Positions 46,473-60,985 of a stretch of 64,000 nt of DNA are shown piece after piece. The stretch lies in contig OZ231126.1 of the NCBI GenBank assembly GCA_965153355.1, forward strand, positions 46,376,001-46,440,000, given 5' to 3'. This stretch comes from Flaccisagitta enflata (Eukaryota). The position numbers and the translations under genes are program-made. The notes below the pieces were generated by a model that saw nothing but the letters and a program-made list of their open reading frames with translations, ran no database searches and had not been told where the DNA came from. The first letter of the stretch is position 1, and every line of letters begins with the position of its first letter.

Positions 46473-47941
46473 ATGAACCAAAGAGGGGGATCCGGCAGCA
46501 ACACAAACTCCAAAATGCACCGAGCGTATCAACCGCTGCTGCCAACGCACAATAAACTCCTTCAGAAGCGATGGGACGACAAATACTATAGCGAGCATAG
46601 GGATAAAGTTCGAGGAGCCAATCCCATGGTTGACACCAAACCACCACCGACGTATATGCATCTTCATTTGAAACTCAAGAAGTTACAGCTCGAAGAGGAA
46701 AGATTAGCACAGGTAGTAAAGGACTACTAGAGGTGAATCAGACAAAATGAGGGTCAAGGAGGCGTCAGATTATGCTTACATCAAATTATTCCACAGGTGG
46801 AGAGAGACAATCGGATCCTTTTGGAGAAAATGGCCCACATCATGAGAACCAGAGGAAGGGTTGATAATATCAACTCATATCAGTACAAAAGTCTCAACAA
46901 AGAGAAGCGACAAAGAGAACTGGTTCGAGTGACACAGGTGAGTATGCAACGTAGCCAAGACAAGCCAAAACGTGACCAAGACAAGCCAAAACTATGATTA
47001 AGACCGACCAATAAGGATTTGCAACAAACTATTTTAAATAATCCATTCCCTTCCTATTTAAAGCCTAGGTTTTGAATTCCATGGTAAGAGCATTTGTGCC
47101 GAACACAACACCGACCAATAACCTAATTCAATCGGTTGAAAATCAGGAAAATCAAGCGTTACTATCGAGAGTTCTCGCGAGAAAACCAGAATACTCAGTT
47201 CAACGGTATCGCAGCGAATGGAGCGACGTGATCAAATTCATGGATAACATCGCTTGCTACCCAGTGGATTGGTACCAAGACTACCTTGCCAGAAGGCGAT
47301 TACGCTCGGGTAAAGTAACTGAGTGGCTTCTCATGAAGAAAGAGCTTTACTATGTGTAAGCCATGACAGATATTCTATGTACTTGTCAATTATACGTATC
47401 ATCTCGCTTAACTTTTCTTCTAAGAGACATCTACTCTTTTGCTAGTAACCTTTCATTGAATTGGTCCGGTTTCACCAATTCAAAGAACATGCTGCGCCCA
47501 TTTCTTTTAAAAGTATAGACATATTGGTTTGTCGGAGTTCATCTAATCACTCCGATGATCTGAAAAATTCTAAAATTTTAACGAAATATTTGTAGAGATC
47601 GATTACATGCAACGAAGGAAGCTTTAGGAGGCAGATATTGAATGTAAATATGGATGTTAAACGACTAAACGCCATGATGCCGGATTGCCGGTACATGACC
47701 TGATGTAAAAAATGTAAGGGCTTGACCAAATAACAGGCTTAAGTTAATTTGCGTTTCTGTGTAGAAATGGATGGCGACGAAGAAGAGAGGCCAGAGGAGC
47801 TGGCCCCGCTTCCTCCCAGGACGCTTTCCGCACTGCCCAAAAAGAGCCGGAGGTCAGCGGGTAGCATAAGCGCAAGGAGTCAAGACAGCGGACATATGAG
47901 CGGCCGAGGCGATAGCGATGATGAATTAGCCCCTCAAAATG
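46473..47941 (+). CDS. CFAP97 domain-containing protein (CFAP97D2-like, hemingway/KIAA1430 family); last exon uncertain
   Basis: Exons 46473 (or 46515)-46712, 46797-46937, 47147-47309, 47765-47941, all GT-AG, phases 0,0,1,1. MHRAYQPLLP...HRDKVRGANPMVDTKPP...[38 protein letters not shown]...KSLNKEKRQRELVRVTQENQALLSRV. A possible terminal exon follows TTTTCAG at 48090. Confidence 0.85.
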
Positions 47942-50900
47942 GTAAGTGCTTGCAAACAGGGAAAATAGATAGTAACAAATACACACCGCCCGCAGCCACG
48001 GTAGGCAAGAACAGTAGGATCACATGCCCGCCAGCATAGCGGGTTCTTTCCAATCTTAAAGTGACGGTCTGGCTTAGGCAGGTTTTCAGATAATTATTCA
48101 TACCTGTAAGCTGTTGGGCGCCTCCGCTGAGCTAAGGTGGTAACCTTCAATGTTATTGATAAGAATATAACAAGATATCCTGTATATGTACGTCGAAACA
48201 CTCGTTTTATATGCTAAAATGATGCTATACGTGGGGATTTTTCTTGTAACAATTATGTAACATTGGTCATTTCTAGGTGTATTGACCGTAAAATGCTTAG
48301 AATATGAGGTGGTGTTAAGATTTCCCATCCCATTAGGTCCCTTGTGTCAAGGTCTATGCAAAAAAAAAGTGTGAAAAAACAATCCGATTGAAAAAATTGA
48401 CGCAAGTTTCCTACATCTAGGGTGAGGCGAATATTAGCCATATTCTTACTTAAAACTAGAAATGTTAATCATTATTTGTTTAAAAGAAAAAAAAGCCATC
48501 ATTTAAGACTTTTCGTAAGATACTCTTGCAGCCATGACCTTCCACTACGCCTGTAAAAATCCTGGTGGAATTTCTCCGTCTTGATCGTTCATTTTCATGA
48601 TATTAGTTTTCCCCAGTAATATTGGGGGTTTCGACCTTTCGACGCTTTTTAATTGTCCCGTCTTCTTCCGGTCTTTTCCTTTCACTCAGGAAATAGTCGC
48701 TAGATACCTTATGGTGCTAAAAATCATTTTCCCTTCAACCATGGCACCATAGCAACGTCTATAACCTTTAAAGTGATTGTCAGCATGTAAGCCGTCCTGG
48801 ATATGGGAGGATACGGAATATAGGTCGTAATATTGGGGGTTTCGACCTTTCGACGCTTTTGCGCGTAACAGACAAGCATCACTAAAACCTTCATAAAAAC
48901 TACAGTTTTCATCCGATTTGGATGAAATTTGATATTGAGGCATTAAAGAGACCCCGCTATAACCTACTAACTCTTCATAAGGCAACGATCGTGCGTTTGA
49001 GCCCAACTGGCCAAAAACTGGCCAAAATTGGCCAAAAAATGAAAAAACGTAGTATAACTTAGGCAAGCTTTTTCCGATTTGACCAAAACTTGGTGTATTG
49101 CCTAAAAATGGTAATCCTAAGCATAAGCATACAATTATGGCGGCAATAAGCTGTTACGCTGGACAAAATGGCAAAAAAACTGGCCAAAATTGGCTCAAAA
49201 TGGAAAAAGATTTAAGAACTTTGGTCATTTTCCAATTATTGAGTCTAAACGTGAGAGTCTCACAGTTAAACTTAATACATAATAACTATATGTGAAGACT
49301 TGAGTCGTGAATATTGTCCTTACAGACCAAAAATTGGCAAAAAATTGGCCAAAATTGCCTGAAACTGGCCAGAAATGAGAAAATGTGGAATAACAAAGGC
49401 TATCATCATACACTTCACTTGGTTAATGGACTCAAAATGGTAAAACCGAACTCACAAATACAAATTACGAGGATCTGAGTCATTCAGACTGCCAAACGAG
49501 CTAAAATTGGCCAATATTGTCCTAAGAAAGAGAAAAAATGTGCTAATTTGGGTTATTTTTCAAAAAGTGGAAATCAAATATGTATGAAGGTTCACCAAGT
49601 TAAATGCACACTTAAATGCCTACGAGATAAACTTGCTTTATCTGGTCCAAAAGAGGCCAAATGGCGGAAAGCAAAAGAGAAAACTACAGGGGTGTATATT
49701 ATTGAGTCTTTTTTCATTTTATTCCCCGCGCAACGCGGTTATATCTATGATTTTCTTCCCCTTATAGTAACAAAACAGTGTACTTCAGGTTAGAATAGGA
49801 TTAAATTGTGTTTTACTAATTGAGTTTTATGATTTGGTACTGTCAAAAGTTTTATTTTCCCAAATTTTCTTTTTGGGCAGCGGCCCCGAAGGGGACGAAG
49901 TCCTGTAGAACACAGGGGGACTTTCGTTTGTTTGTTTGTCTGTCCCCCCCATCAGGCCCCTCAGGCCTCAAATCAGGCCTCGCAGGCCTTGAATCGGGCC
50001 TCTCAAGCTTGAAATTTGGCCTGACTGGCCTCAAATCTGGCCTCTCAAGCCTCAAATCCAGCTTTTCAAATCCAGCCTCTCAGGCCTCATCAGGCCTGTC
50101 AGGCCTCCTCTGGCCTGTCTGGCCTCAAATTAGGCCTCTCAGGCCTTAAATCTGGCCTCTCAAGCCTCAAACTTGGCCTCAAATCTGGCCTCTCGGGCCT
50201 CAAATCTGGCCTGTCAGGCCTCAAATCCGGCCTGTCAGGCCTCATGGCCTCAAACCTGGCCTCTCAGGCCTCAAATTAGCCTTGGCAAAGCATTCAGACT
50301 CTTGGAGGCCTTCAATCAGAAGTCNNNNNNNNNNCCCTGAAAGGGTCCGTTGCCTGGGTCTGAGTGCGACCTAAAAATGTTATGTAGTCAGCAGAACAAC
50401 AGCCCTATAGAAAAATTAAAAAATGGCATAACTTCCATAATAATTGTCGATCTGGTTGGGAAATTTTACAGTAAACTTCCTTTAAAATTTCACTCATCCT
50501 TTAGCTTGAATAATGCTTAAATTAAAGGTACCAACACCAGCCAGAAATGGGTATATAAATTTTTTAAAACTAAAAATTATAAATTTCTTAGCAACATATG
50601 ATCACACATGATTGCTCGAACGTTACCAATAAGAATTCTACTATCATATTGATTTCTTTATTGTATTTAGCTAAATTCTTTAGTAATAAAACTGCCTATA
50701 ATACCTTTTTAAGCCTAATTTGCATGAAAAATGAGCGTACTTAAGAAAATCCAAGTATGGATCCATATGTAATAATAGCTAGGCTACATAATGATGTATG
50801 ATTTTCTTAAATTTTCCAACATGTAAAATTGACGAATTCCACCCGTCCTCAGTTGGCTTAGCATGACACCAGCCCTAACGGAAAAGCCTTTAATAATTGA

Positions 50901-51454
50901 TTCTACGTGGCTGAAAAAAATAAAGCAAGGAATAAAACATGAGGATCATCCTCCCGCTCCACTTCCTCCTCCTACCATTTTTATCATTTATTCATGAATT
51001 ATGTTTAATACGTTTTCCACTCGTAGTAGAAGAATATGTTTTCCCTCTTATTCTTGTATTCTTTTTTAAGTCGCGGACTAACGATTCTACTAATAAGGCT
51101 TTGCCCGTCCGTCGGTCTGTCGGTTGGGTGTCGATCGCGGTCAAGCTCGAGTTGGATAGTGAAACAAGGCTGGATACACGGCAACCTAAGTCACGTTCAG
51201 GTCGGCAGGGGCAGTAATAAAAAAGGCTAACCAAGCAGGAGCAGAAATGCCGGAAGCGTCCATAAACGCAAAAAAAAAAAAATAAAGCCAAAATAACTAA
51301 GCGTGATGGACGGACGGACCGACCAACTAACCAACTGACATGGCGGATTATAAAGTCGCGTGACTAAAAACGCGTATTTAAGATGCTTCAGGTGTGCGTG
51401 TGCGTGTGCGTGCGTGCGTGCGTGTGTGTGTGCGCGCGCGTGCGTTTGCGTGTG

Positions 51455-51519
<65 letters not shown>

Positions 51520-52076
51520 CAGCTTCTTTTCCACACTTTTCCACACTCTCCCTAATACGACAACAACACCTCCTTTAAGCTTTTGCCTCATTGTTTTCTT
51601 TTCAAGGCCTTGATCGAGCTGTCTTTAATAAACCTCTTAAAGAATTCCCCCTAAACATCTATTACATGATTTTTTTCTCGTTCATCTTCTGCTTTTTTTT
51701 CTCCACTCTCACCCTTATTTCTCCTCCATTTCACTTTCCAGTGTTTTTTAAGACCCGTGCTACGCGACTTTACACCCCGCTTTGTCCGTACGTCAGTTGG
51801 TCGTTCGGTCCCCTTTTTTTTTGGCATTAATGAGCTTTTTTAGCTTACTGCTCCCGCCCGCAATACCCTAGAAACCCTCTCTAGTACTGCCCCTGCCCAC
51901 CCGCATGCGACTGGGGTAGCTGGGTACCAGGCCTTGTCTTATTTCGACGTTGTTTATGCTTTACCAAACCCTCTCCACAAAAGCTCCCGTTCTCGACTGT
52001 TTTCAAAATTTATATCAGGTATTACCCCCTATCCTTACTACTGGTTAAGTTTTTGCCAAAAACCGAATCGAGGTTG

Positions 52077-52155
<79 letters not shown>

Positions 52156-52165
52156 ATATATATCT

Positions 52166-52278
<113 letters not shown>

Positions 52279-52292
52279 CTCTCTCTCTCTCT

Positions 52293-53297
52293 CTTTTCAA
52301 CTCTGAAAATCCTTCAGATCTTCTGTGTGATTTCACAACGATTAATCTTTCAAGTGTTATCTAAAGTGGCGCAGCATCAGCTTCAAGCACCAAAGTGCGT
52401 CCTCGCACTTCTGATAGGCTGTGTCCGTCTGTCTGTCAGTTGTCTGTCTGTCCAATATATAAACTGTTAAAACTCAAAACAATGGTCATGCCGTCTTTCT
52501 TCATTCCTATCACCTCTCATGCCTCACCGCACTCATTTTCATTCTGTATTTCATTCATTCATTCATTCAAAACGTTCATTCATTCAAAAGGTTCATTCAT
52601 TCAAAAGGTTCATTCATTCAAAACGTTCATTCACAAATTCTTAATCAAGCGAGGAGCACTTATTGGCCATAACTTGGCCTTGTTCCCTCGCGCGCCCTTT
52701 TTCCAACGAATCAAAATCAATAAATAATGCTTTTTGCCATTATGAATAAGTGTCAGTTTGGGAGTAATTCTCTTCTTACTTTTTTTAGTCATTTGTTGAA
52801 GAGTTTCAACTCTAGTAGACTGTTTTTTTTAGGGGTGAGAAAAGTTGAGTATTTCCCCCCTGAATAAGATAAAAATAATTAGTGTCTTGTAATTAGTGTC
52901 TCCATACTCCTTGATGATGATAAGCTGATCAAAAGACCTTTTGCATATTGACACACTCGAGTGTCACATGCTCGCCACCTCAATATGCACATTGTCAACA
53001 TAAAACTCGTGAGTGCGCAATATGAGGTAGCCAGGAATACTGTATCACTAAGTAGTACTATGTACATAGTACAATGCGTGTCACATGCTCGTTACCTCAT
53101 TACCTCAATGGTTCCACATTCAGGTTGATCATATTGCAAAAAATCAGCGACTCTTGAACCAGGATCTGATACGGAGAATCAAAGATCAGATGAATCTGGG
53201 ATGTCGTTAAATTTATTCAAACTAAAAGAATAGGAACACAAAATTTTGTTTTGATATGAGAAGAAGTGAGACAAGGAAAAGGATGTCCTGTCAGAGT

Positions 53298-53350
<53 letters not shown>

Positions 53351-53964
53351 TGAGCAGATGTGACAGACTAGCAGATGAGATCTGAGAAACAGAAGAAGAA
53401 GAAGAAGAAAGAGGAGGAAGAAGAAGAAAACAAACAACTCTAAAAGAGAAGATGAAGAAGAAGAAAGAAGAGAAGGAAAGATGAAGAAAGAATGAAGAAG
53501 AAGAAGAAGAAGAAGAAGAAGAAGAAGAAGAAGAAGAAGAAAAAAGAAAGAAGATGTATGGACTTTTAAGTTCTAATGGATCAAAACGGATGTTTTTTTC
53601 CGCTTTGACAATCACTTTTTTTTTTAAATGAAAAGAAAAAAAAGCTATTAATCAAGTGAAATCGGTAATGACTTGGAATGCAAGAAATGTTTTGACGCTT
53701 CTTGGAAGTTGAATGAGCATTCTAAACTCAAGACGACGACGACGAACATTTTGGAGGAAGATCCTCCTCGTTGAATATTGATTAAATGACGAATTTATAA
53801 TATCGTGCGGCTTTCATCTTTTTTCATATATATTCATTGTTTGTTTACTGGATTTTTTCTTATAACAATCTTTCTTTCTTTTTTCTTTTCTTTCTTCTTT
53901 CTTTCTTTTTTCTTCTCTTTGTTTATAACATGTTTTTATAATATTTATACTTTTTATATATATA

Positions 53965-54045
<81 letters not shown>

Positions 54046-54736
54046 CAACTCTGAAAATCCTTCAGATCTTTGCGCGATTTCACAACTTGATTAATCTTTT
54101 CAAGGTGTTATCTAAAGTGGCGGCATCAACTGGCTTTTTCCCCCGCGCGCCCTTTTTCCAACGAATCAAAATCAATAAATAATGCTTTTTGCCATTATGA
54201 ATAAGTGTCAGTTTGGGAGTAATTCTCTTCTTACTTTTTTTAGTCATTTGTTGAAGAGTTTCAACTCTAGTAGACTGTTTTTTTTAGGGGTGAGAAAAGT
54301 TGAGTATTTCCCCCCTGAATAAGATAAAAATAATTAGTGTCTTGTAATTAGTGTCTCCATACTCCTTGATGATGATGAGCTGATCAAAAGACCTTTTGCA
54401 TATTGACACACTCGAGTGTCACATGCTCGCCACCTCAATATGCACATTGTCAACATAAAACTCGTGAGTGCGCAATATGAGGTAGCCAGGAATACTGTAT
54501 CACTAAGTAGTACTATGTACATAGTACAATGCGTGTCACATGCTCGTTACCTCAATGGTTCCACATTCAGGTTGATCATATTGCCAAAAATCAGCGACTC
54601 TTGAACCAGGATCTGATACGGAGAATCAAAGATCAGATGAATCTGGGATGTCGTTAAATTTATTCAAACTAAAAGAATAGGAACACAAAATTTTGTTTTG
54701 ATATGAGAAGAAGTGAGACAAGGAAAAGGATGTCCT

Positions 54737-54772
<36 letters not shown>

Positions 54773-54882
54773 CCCGGGCGGGGAAGTGGATAAACGGACA
54801 ATTCTTAGAGATAGGACTCTGAAACAGAAGAAGAAGAAGAAGAAGAGGAAGAAGAAGAAGGAAGAAAAATAAAACTTCCAAA

Positions 54883-54918
<36 letters not shown>

Positions 54919-55210
54919 AAAAGAATAAAAAAGAAAAAAGATGTATGGACTTTTAAGTTCTAATGGATCAAAACGGATGTTTTTTTCCGCTTTGACAATC
55001 ACTTTTTTTTTTAAATGAAAAGAAAAAAAAGCTATTAATCAAGTGAAATCGGTAATGACTTGGAATGCAAGAAATGTTTTGACGCTTCTTGGAAGTTGAA
55101 TGAGCATTCTAAACTTAAGACGACGACGACGAACATTTTGGAGGAAGATCCTCCTCGTTGAATATTGATTAAATGACGAATTTATAATATCGTGCGGCTT
55201 TCATCTTTTT
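52293..55210 (+). repeat. Tandem duplication: copy 1 about 52293-53823, copy 2 about 54040-55210
   Basis: Both copies start CTTTTCAACTCTGAAAATCCTTCAGATCTT and end ATATCGTGCGGCTTTCATCTTTTT. They are near-identical except for microsatellites and element insertions. Confidence 0.9.
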
Positions 55211-55515
55211 AGTCGCGTGCTACGCGACTCTATAAGCCACTTTTCGGTCGGTCCGTTGGTCCGTCCGTCGGTCCGTCCGTCCGTCACAAAACTGTTTTAA
55301 AGGTTTTTAAAGTGTTTTTTATATTTCTGAATGGTAGAAAGAAACTTTGTGAGGTATATGGCTATTTCAAATGTCTTTTTGAAAAAAATTGTTTGTCTAT
55401 CTGTCTGCCTTACGTTTTTTGAAAGTGCCGACGCACGCGACTTAGGTCTAATGACCTTGTTTCTCCTCTCTCTTCTTCTTTGTTTGCTAGTTTTTTCTTT
55501 CTTCCTTTCTTTTTT

Positions 55516-55579
<64 letters not shown>

Positions 55580-55653
55580 TCCTTCTCTCTTTCTTTCTTT
55601 CTTTCTTGCTTTCTTTCTTTTTCTTGCTTTCTTTCTTCCTTTCTTTCTTTTTT

Positions 55654-55728
<75 letters not shown>

Positions 55729-56051
55729 GATGGATTGCTGCTTTGCTTGCTCCCTTTCTTTCTCCCTTTTTTATTTCTTTCCTCCTTTTTCTTTCTTTCT
55801 TTTTTATTATTTCTTTTTCTTGCTTTCTTTTTCTTACATTCTTTTTCTTTTTAGTCGCGGATACGCGACTCTAGAACTTGCCGTGTCGGTCGGTCGGTCT
55901 GTTGGTCGGTCCGTCCGTCACGTAACATTTCTGTTTTCCGCTCCTGCCCACCCGTCCGCGACTGGGGGGTGTATACGGTCTGGTTTCTTTCTTTCTCTAT
56001 CTTTTTTTCTTCCTTTCTTTGTTTTTTCTCTCCTTTTTCCCTTTTTTATTT

Positions 56052-56141
<90 letters not shown>

Positions 56142-56281
56142 AGGAGATTGCCAGAGGACGGAATGAATGAAATTCCCAAAGAATTAACGACATTCAACAA
56201 GGTCGATAAATCTCCACGCCTAAGTCTACCCGGCATAGTATAAGAGAAAATAACCTCGTCGCCGATTTGCACGGACAAGTG

Positions 56282-56361
<80 letters not shown>

Positions 56362-57170
56362 AAAAAAACAGGGCAAGTCTGCCTGCCGTAAACAAGGCCA
56401 AGTAGGCCAATAAGGTGCGACGTGTGGATCGTCTAACGAATGCGTTACCCGACCGACCGACCAACAGACCAACCAATCAACCGACGGACACAGTCAGTTA
56501 TGGAGGTGCTTTGTCGCGCCAAGAAAGGTCGGAGTCCGTCGGACAAATCAAGAGATCTTCGGACGTGCTATAATCTCGTCATGCTATTTTCGAGCCTGCT
56601 ATTTTTGAGCCTGCTACTATAGAGGCTGCTATTTTGGATGCGCTATAATTTCATGTATCCAAAGGAAAAAGAGAATCCGGAGGACGATTCCACGACAGGA
56701 CAGACCGACAACTGCAAGAGGCGGCGGACGGACGGATGGGAGGGAAGGAAGAAGTGAGGAACCGACATCCAATCTTGGGCATCTACAGATCCGATCCCGT
56801 TAATTTGCTGACTTGAAGCATGATGTATTAAAAGCGTCCTTAAAAGTTTACACTCGGACAAAAGGGAGAAGTTTTCGACAAATATTTGGAGACGAGCTTT
56901 TTTTGTTTTTTATTCAAACGACGATAGAATTGAAAGATCGATCTTTATTCTTCTCATCCTTTCTAAATTCTTAATCCTCTTTCTTACCACATTCACAAAT
57001 AGATGATCCTTTTCATCCTATTTACAAGCACGACCCTCGTAAGATTGCGTGGGAAGGTGTCTCTTCGATTTCAGTTATAACTTAGGGATGCGGAAACGGT
57101 CGACTTTCTAGCAGTTTCCAGAATCTCGTTCCGCTTCCATAATGCAGTTTTTCTATCGCGTCAATCGTGT

Positions 57171-57460
<290 letters not shown>

Positions 57461-57997
57461 TGCGTCTGTGAGTCTGCATCTCTGTGTGTAGACTGTCGAG
57501 CGCATGTGCAGCTAAAATCAGTGAAACAAGAAGGGGAAAAAAGAAAAAATTCAAAAAATTGTCCCGGCATTTGATGAATGCCCCATCATTTACCCATCTT
57601 CTATCATTTGTCTAATTTTATTGGGCATATTTTTTCTTTCTTTACTCGCTGTAACCTTGGCTGAAACGGTGATAAAATGGTCTACGAGGTACTGGCGAGG
57701 CAGTTGCCATAGATTAAAAAGCCATTACTTTTATCTAGACATGGGTCATAGCAGTATGATTTATTAACTATAAAAGAAGGATCGGAGCTAAAAACAACTC
57801 GCCTCTACAATTCTGTAAAAAAAGAATGGTAAATGAAGACATAGAGACGTTGAGACTAAAATTTGTCAAACAGCAAATGGTAGAGAACCAACTATTTAGC
57901 ACGACCAATCCAATGGCATAGAACTATATCTCGCTTGATTGAACTATGTAATCAGTCACCAAACACCACGTAATCGGTGAAACGTAATTATCCGACG

Positions 57998-58419
57998 TAG
58001 GACTCGCAATAGTTAAGGTTTTCAAATTAACTAGTTAACAGTTAACTAACTACAATTTACACCTAGTTAACTAGCTAAAATAGTTAAAATTTTTTCCCTA
58101 ATAAAAAGCAAGACTAAAGCAAAACCGTAAATTTTTTGATACAATTGGTAAATCAATACTTTAATAATTGTATTATTGTTTGTGGCAAGAAATCTTTGAG
58201 TTTCTATGTTTGTGTGTTACAATTGTCCACATTTTTCTTTGTGACCAAAAAAATTTACCAAAAATCATGTCATTTGAGGAGAAAATAAGTGATTTTTCCC
58301 CAAATTTCCATAGAAATTTTTAACTGTTTTAACTAGTTAATTTCTACTAGTTAACTATAGGGGTTTTCAGAATTTTAACTAGTTAACTAGCTAGTTAAAG
58401 TTAACTATTGCGAGTCCTA
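57998..58419. mobile_element. Non-autonomous TIR element with a 7-bp (or 9-bp) TSD
   Basis: TCCGACG|TAGGACTCGCAATAGTTAA...TTAACTATTGCGAGTCCTA|TCCGACG; multiple subterminal TAGTTAAC motifs at both ends. Confidence 0.85.
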
Positions 58420-58880
58420 TCCGACGTAATAACCCGAGTCCAGGGATTTTCTGTAATCATAAGGCAGCTCTGAATGTCCTTAATTATACTCTCGAAAATT
58501 TGCGTATGAGCTGTGAATGTGTTGCATTGATTTAAGTGTATGACAGCTGGAACAATATCCCTCACTACACTCACACTGAAAAATACGGAAGAGGGCCTTG
58601 TGAGCCCTCACTGACTAGTTACTACGCGCATCACTCCCAGTTTTCCATTTAGCAAAACTAATTGTATGTATTACCCATTGTTAGAAATGAAGGAACAGTA
58701 ACCGAAATTCTCATTTCATTTTATCCTCATAGATTTGACTTTCCGTAAGCCACTCTTTGACAAGTGGAACAACATCCCTCACGTCGCTATACTGTCCCAC
58801 CGTATGTCTGTGCGTCCGGCTGTCTGTTCGTCTATGTCCTTCTGTCTCCCTGGTTTGCTTATCACTTTTTCTCTCTCTCG

Positions 58881-58913
<33 letters not shown>

Positions 58914-60394
58914 GCTCTCTCACTTGCTATCAACACGATCTCACTTCAGTTGGGCTTTGATGAATAGATGTTGGTAAGACCAGCTTTTTTTTTTCTCACG
59001 AGTTCTGAACTGACTCTCTAGATAGATATATACAGAGGCTCTTCCATGTTGTCTCTCTTCTCGCGAGCCTACTTAGTTCAACCTTAGATAATAATCGGGA
59101 GGCCGTTGACTCGTTGGTCAGTCGGTCTGTGACCCTTACTTATTCATCTATTATTACCAGTAATACCAGTAATAGAAGTTTTAGTTTCGTTTTGCTTTGT
59201 TCGTTTTGTTTTCGTTTTGTTTTTTGGTTCTTCATTTATTTGTGGCTAAGTACAGTAAAACCCCGCAATAACGGATGTCAAGGGACCAACAAAATTGATA
59301 CACTTTAGGCGGATTTTCATTATTGCCAACAAAGAAATCAAAAGAAATTTACATGAAGGGACCAAGTTTCTAGATCCGTTATACGTGGATTTCCTTAACT
59401 CTTGGATCCGTTAAAGCGGGGTTTAACTGTAACTTTATAAGTTGGTGTATCTGAGCATTTCCGCCCCTGGTCAACCTCGTTACAACCCCTGCCCTGCCAC
59501 ATACTGCCGTAGCCCACCCACTAGTAACTACTTACTAGCCATATATCTGGCCTTGTTTCAAATTATCTATGACCTTCAAATATGAGCAAACAGGGTCAAT
59601 TAATTGTCAGCAATTGCTGCTTGGATACTCAATTGTGCAATAGCGTAATTGAATAGCAGTTTCCTTTAAAAACCTGATGTTAAAAAACCTATACTGTGGA
59701 GCACTGCTAAAGTGCACTAACAAGGCATGCCCACCTATAAGGCATGTAACCTACTGTCTCATAAAAGATTTTGTAGTTTTTTCGATAGGGTGGCTTCACC
59801 CTAAGGCATAATGTGGTTCAATCTGTTAAAATGCGCTCTAGTGAAGCTGAACTGTATATTTGGTAAAACGTCGCAAACTGGCTTGGGCTTTTTTCCCTGA
59901 TGGGGAAGGGTGGCGTTTGTGCAACAGTAATTACTCTTTTTCTGTATTTTCCCCATAGAAACATAACGCAGGCCTTCGACTCGCAATTTTTTTTTTTTTT
60001 TTTTTTTTTTTTTGTTCGTCTTCTTTAGCTTCCCCAAAAAACTTTACTTCCCGATCCCGTCTATTTGCTCTCTCATTCCTCCGCCTCTTCTCATCAAAGA
60101 CTTTCATTTTGTTTCTTCTTTTTCATTTTTTTTACCACCTTCAATACACGATTTGACGAGAGCTCCAGGAATCAAGACCACCCTTAGCAAGGCCCTTCAC
60201 ATTCTTAGCCACTCCCAAGTTTTCATTGATTTAGTAGTTTGAATTTGACTCTTTTTGTTGTTAGGTCTCTATTAGCTAGCATGCCAGTGCAGTATCACTT
60301 AATGAAAGGCTGCTTGTAAATTTCTTTATGAATGTTATCACTGATTTGTCCAAAAATGCATTGAACCAGGCGCCCAAGGGCAATATGTGGTCAG

Positions 60395-60985
60395 TAGCTT
60401 GTACCTAAATGACTAAAAGCAATAAAATCAGAATTCTACAAGTAGTTCTTGTTGTGGGGCTGTCTTGGGCTTCAATGGCATCAATTTTGGTCTGAAAACA
60501 TCTTGCTGTCCGCGCTTGAATTTTCCTTCATTAAAAATTTCAAAGTGTTAAATTCTGACTGCAGATTTGAAATCTGCAGAAAGTGTTAACTGAAAGTGCT
60601 TCTTTTTCAATATTCCTTCGGGATCATAGTCAAAATTCATCTTAAAGATATAAAAAGTGTAAGTTCATGATTTTACATATAATAAAGAGAAAAGTAAGTT
60701 TGCAAACTTTGACACTTATTTTGAGCACCTTCTAGTTTGAATATTGAAAAAGGAAAGCACCAATTAACAGTTTTTTCAGCAGATTTCAAATCTGCAGTCA
60801 AAACAGAAATTTAGCACTTTGAAATTTTTGGTTTCCCATAGGTCAAGGAAAATTCAGGTAGGCTGACAGCAAGATACAATTTTTTCAGACCAAAGTGATG
60901 TCATTGGAAGCCCAAGACAGCCCCACAATAAGAACTACTTGTGGAGTTCTGATTTTATTGTTTATTGTCATTTCAGTACAAGCTA
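60395..60985. mobile_element. hAT-like palindromic MITE nested in a family-B element
   Basis: 8-bp TSD GTGGTCAG (60387-60394, 60986-60993); termini TAGCTTGTAC...GTACAAGCTA; long degenerate inverted arms. Confidence 0.85.
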
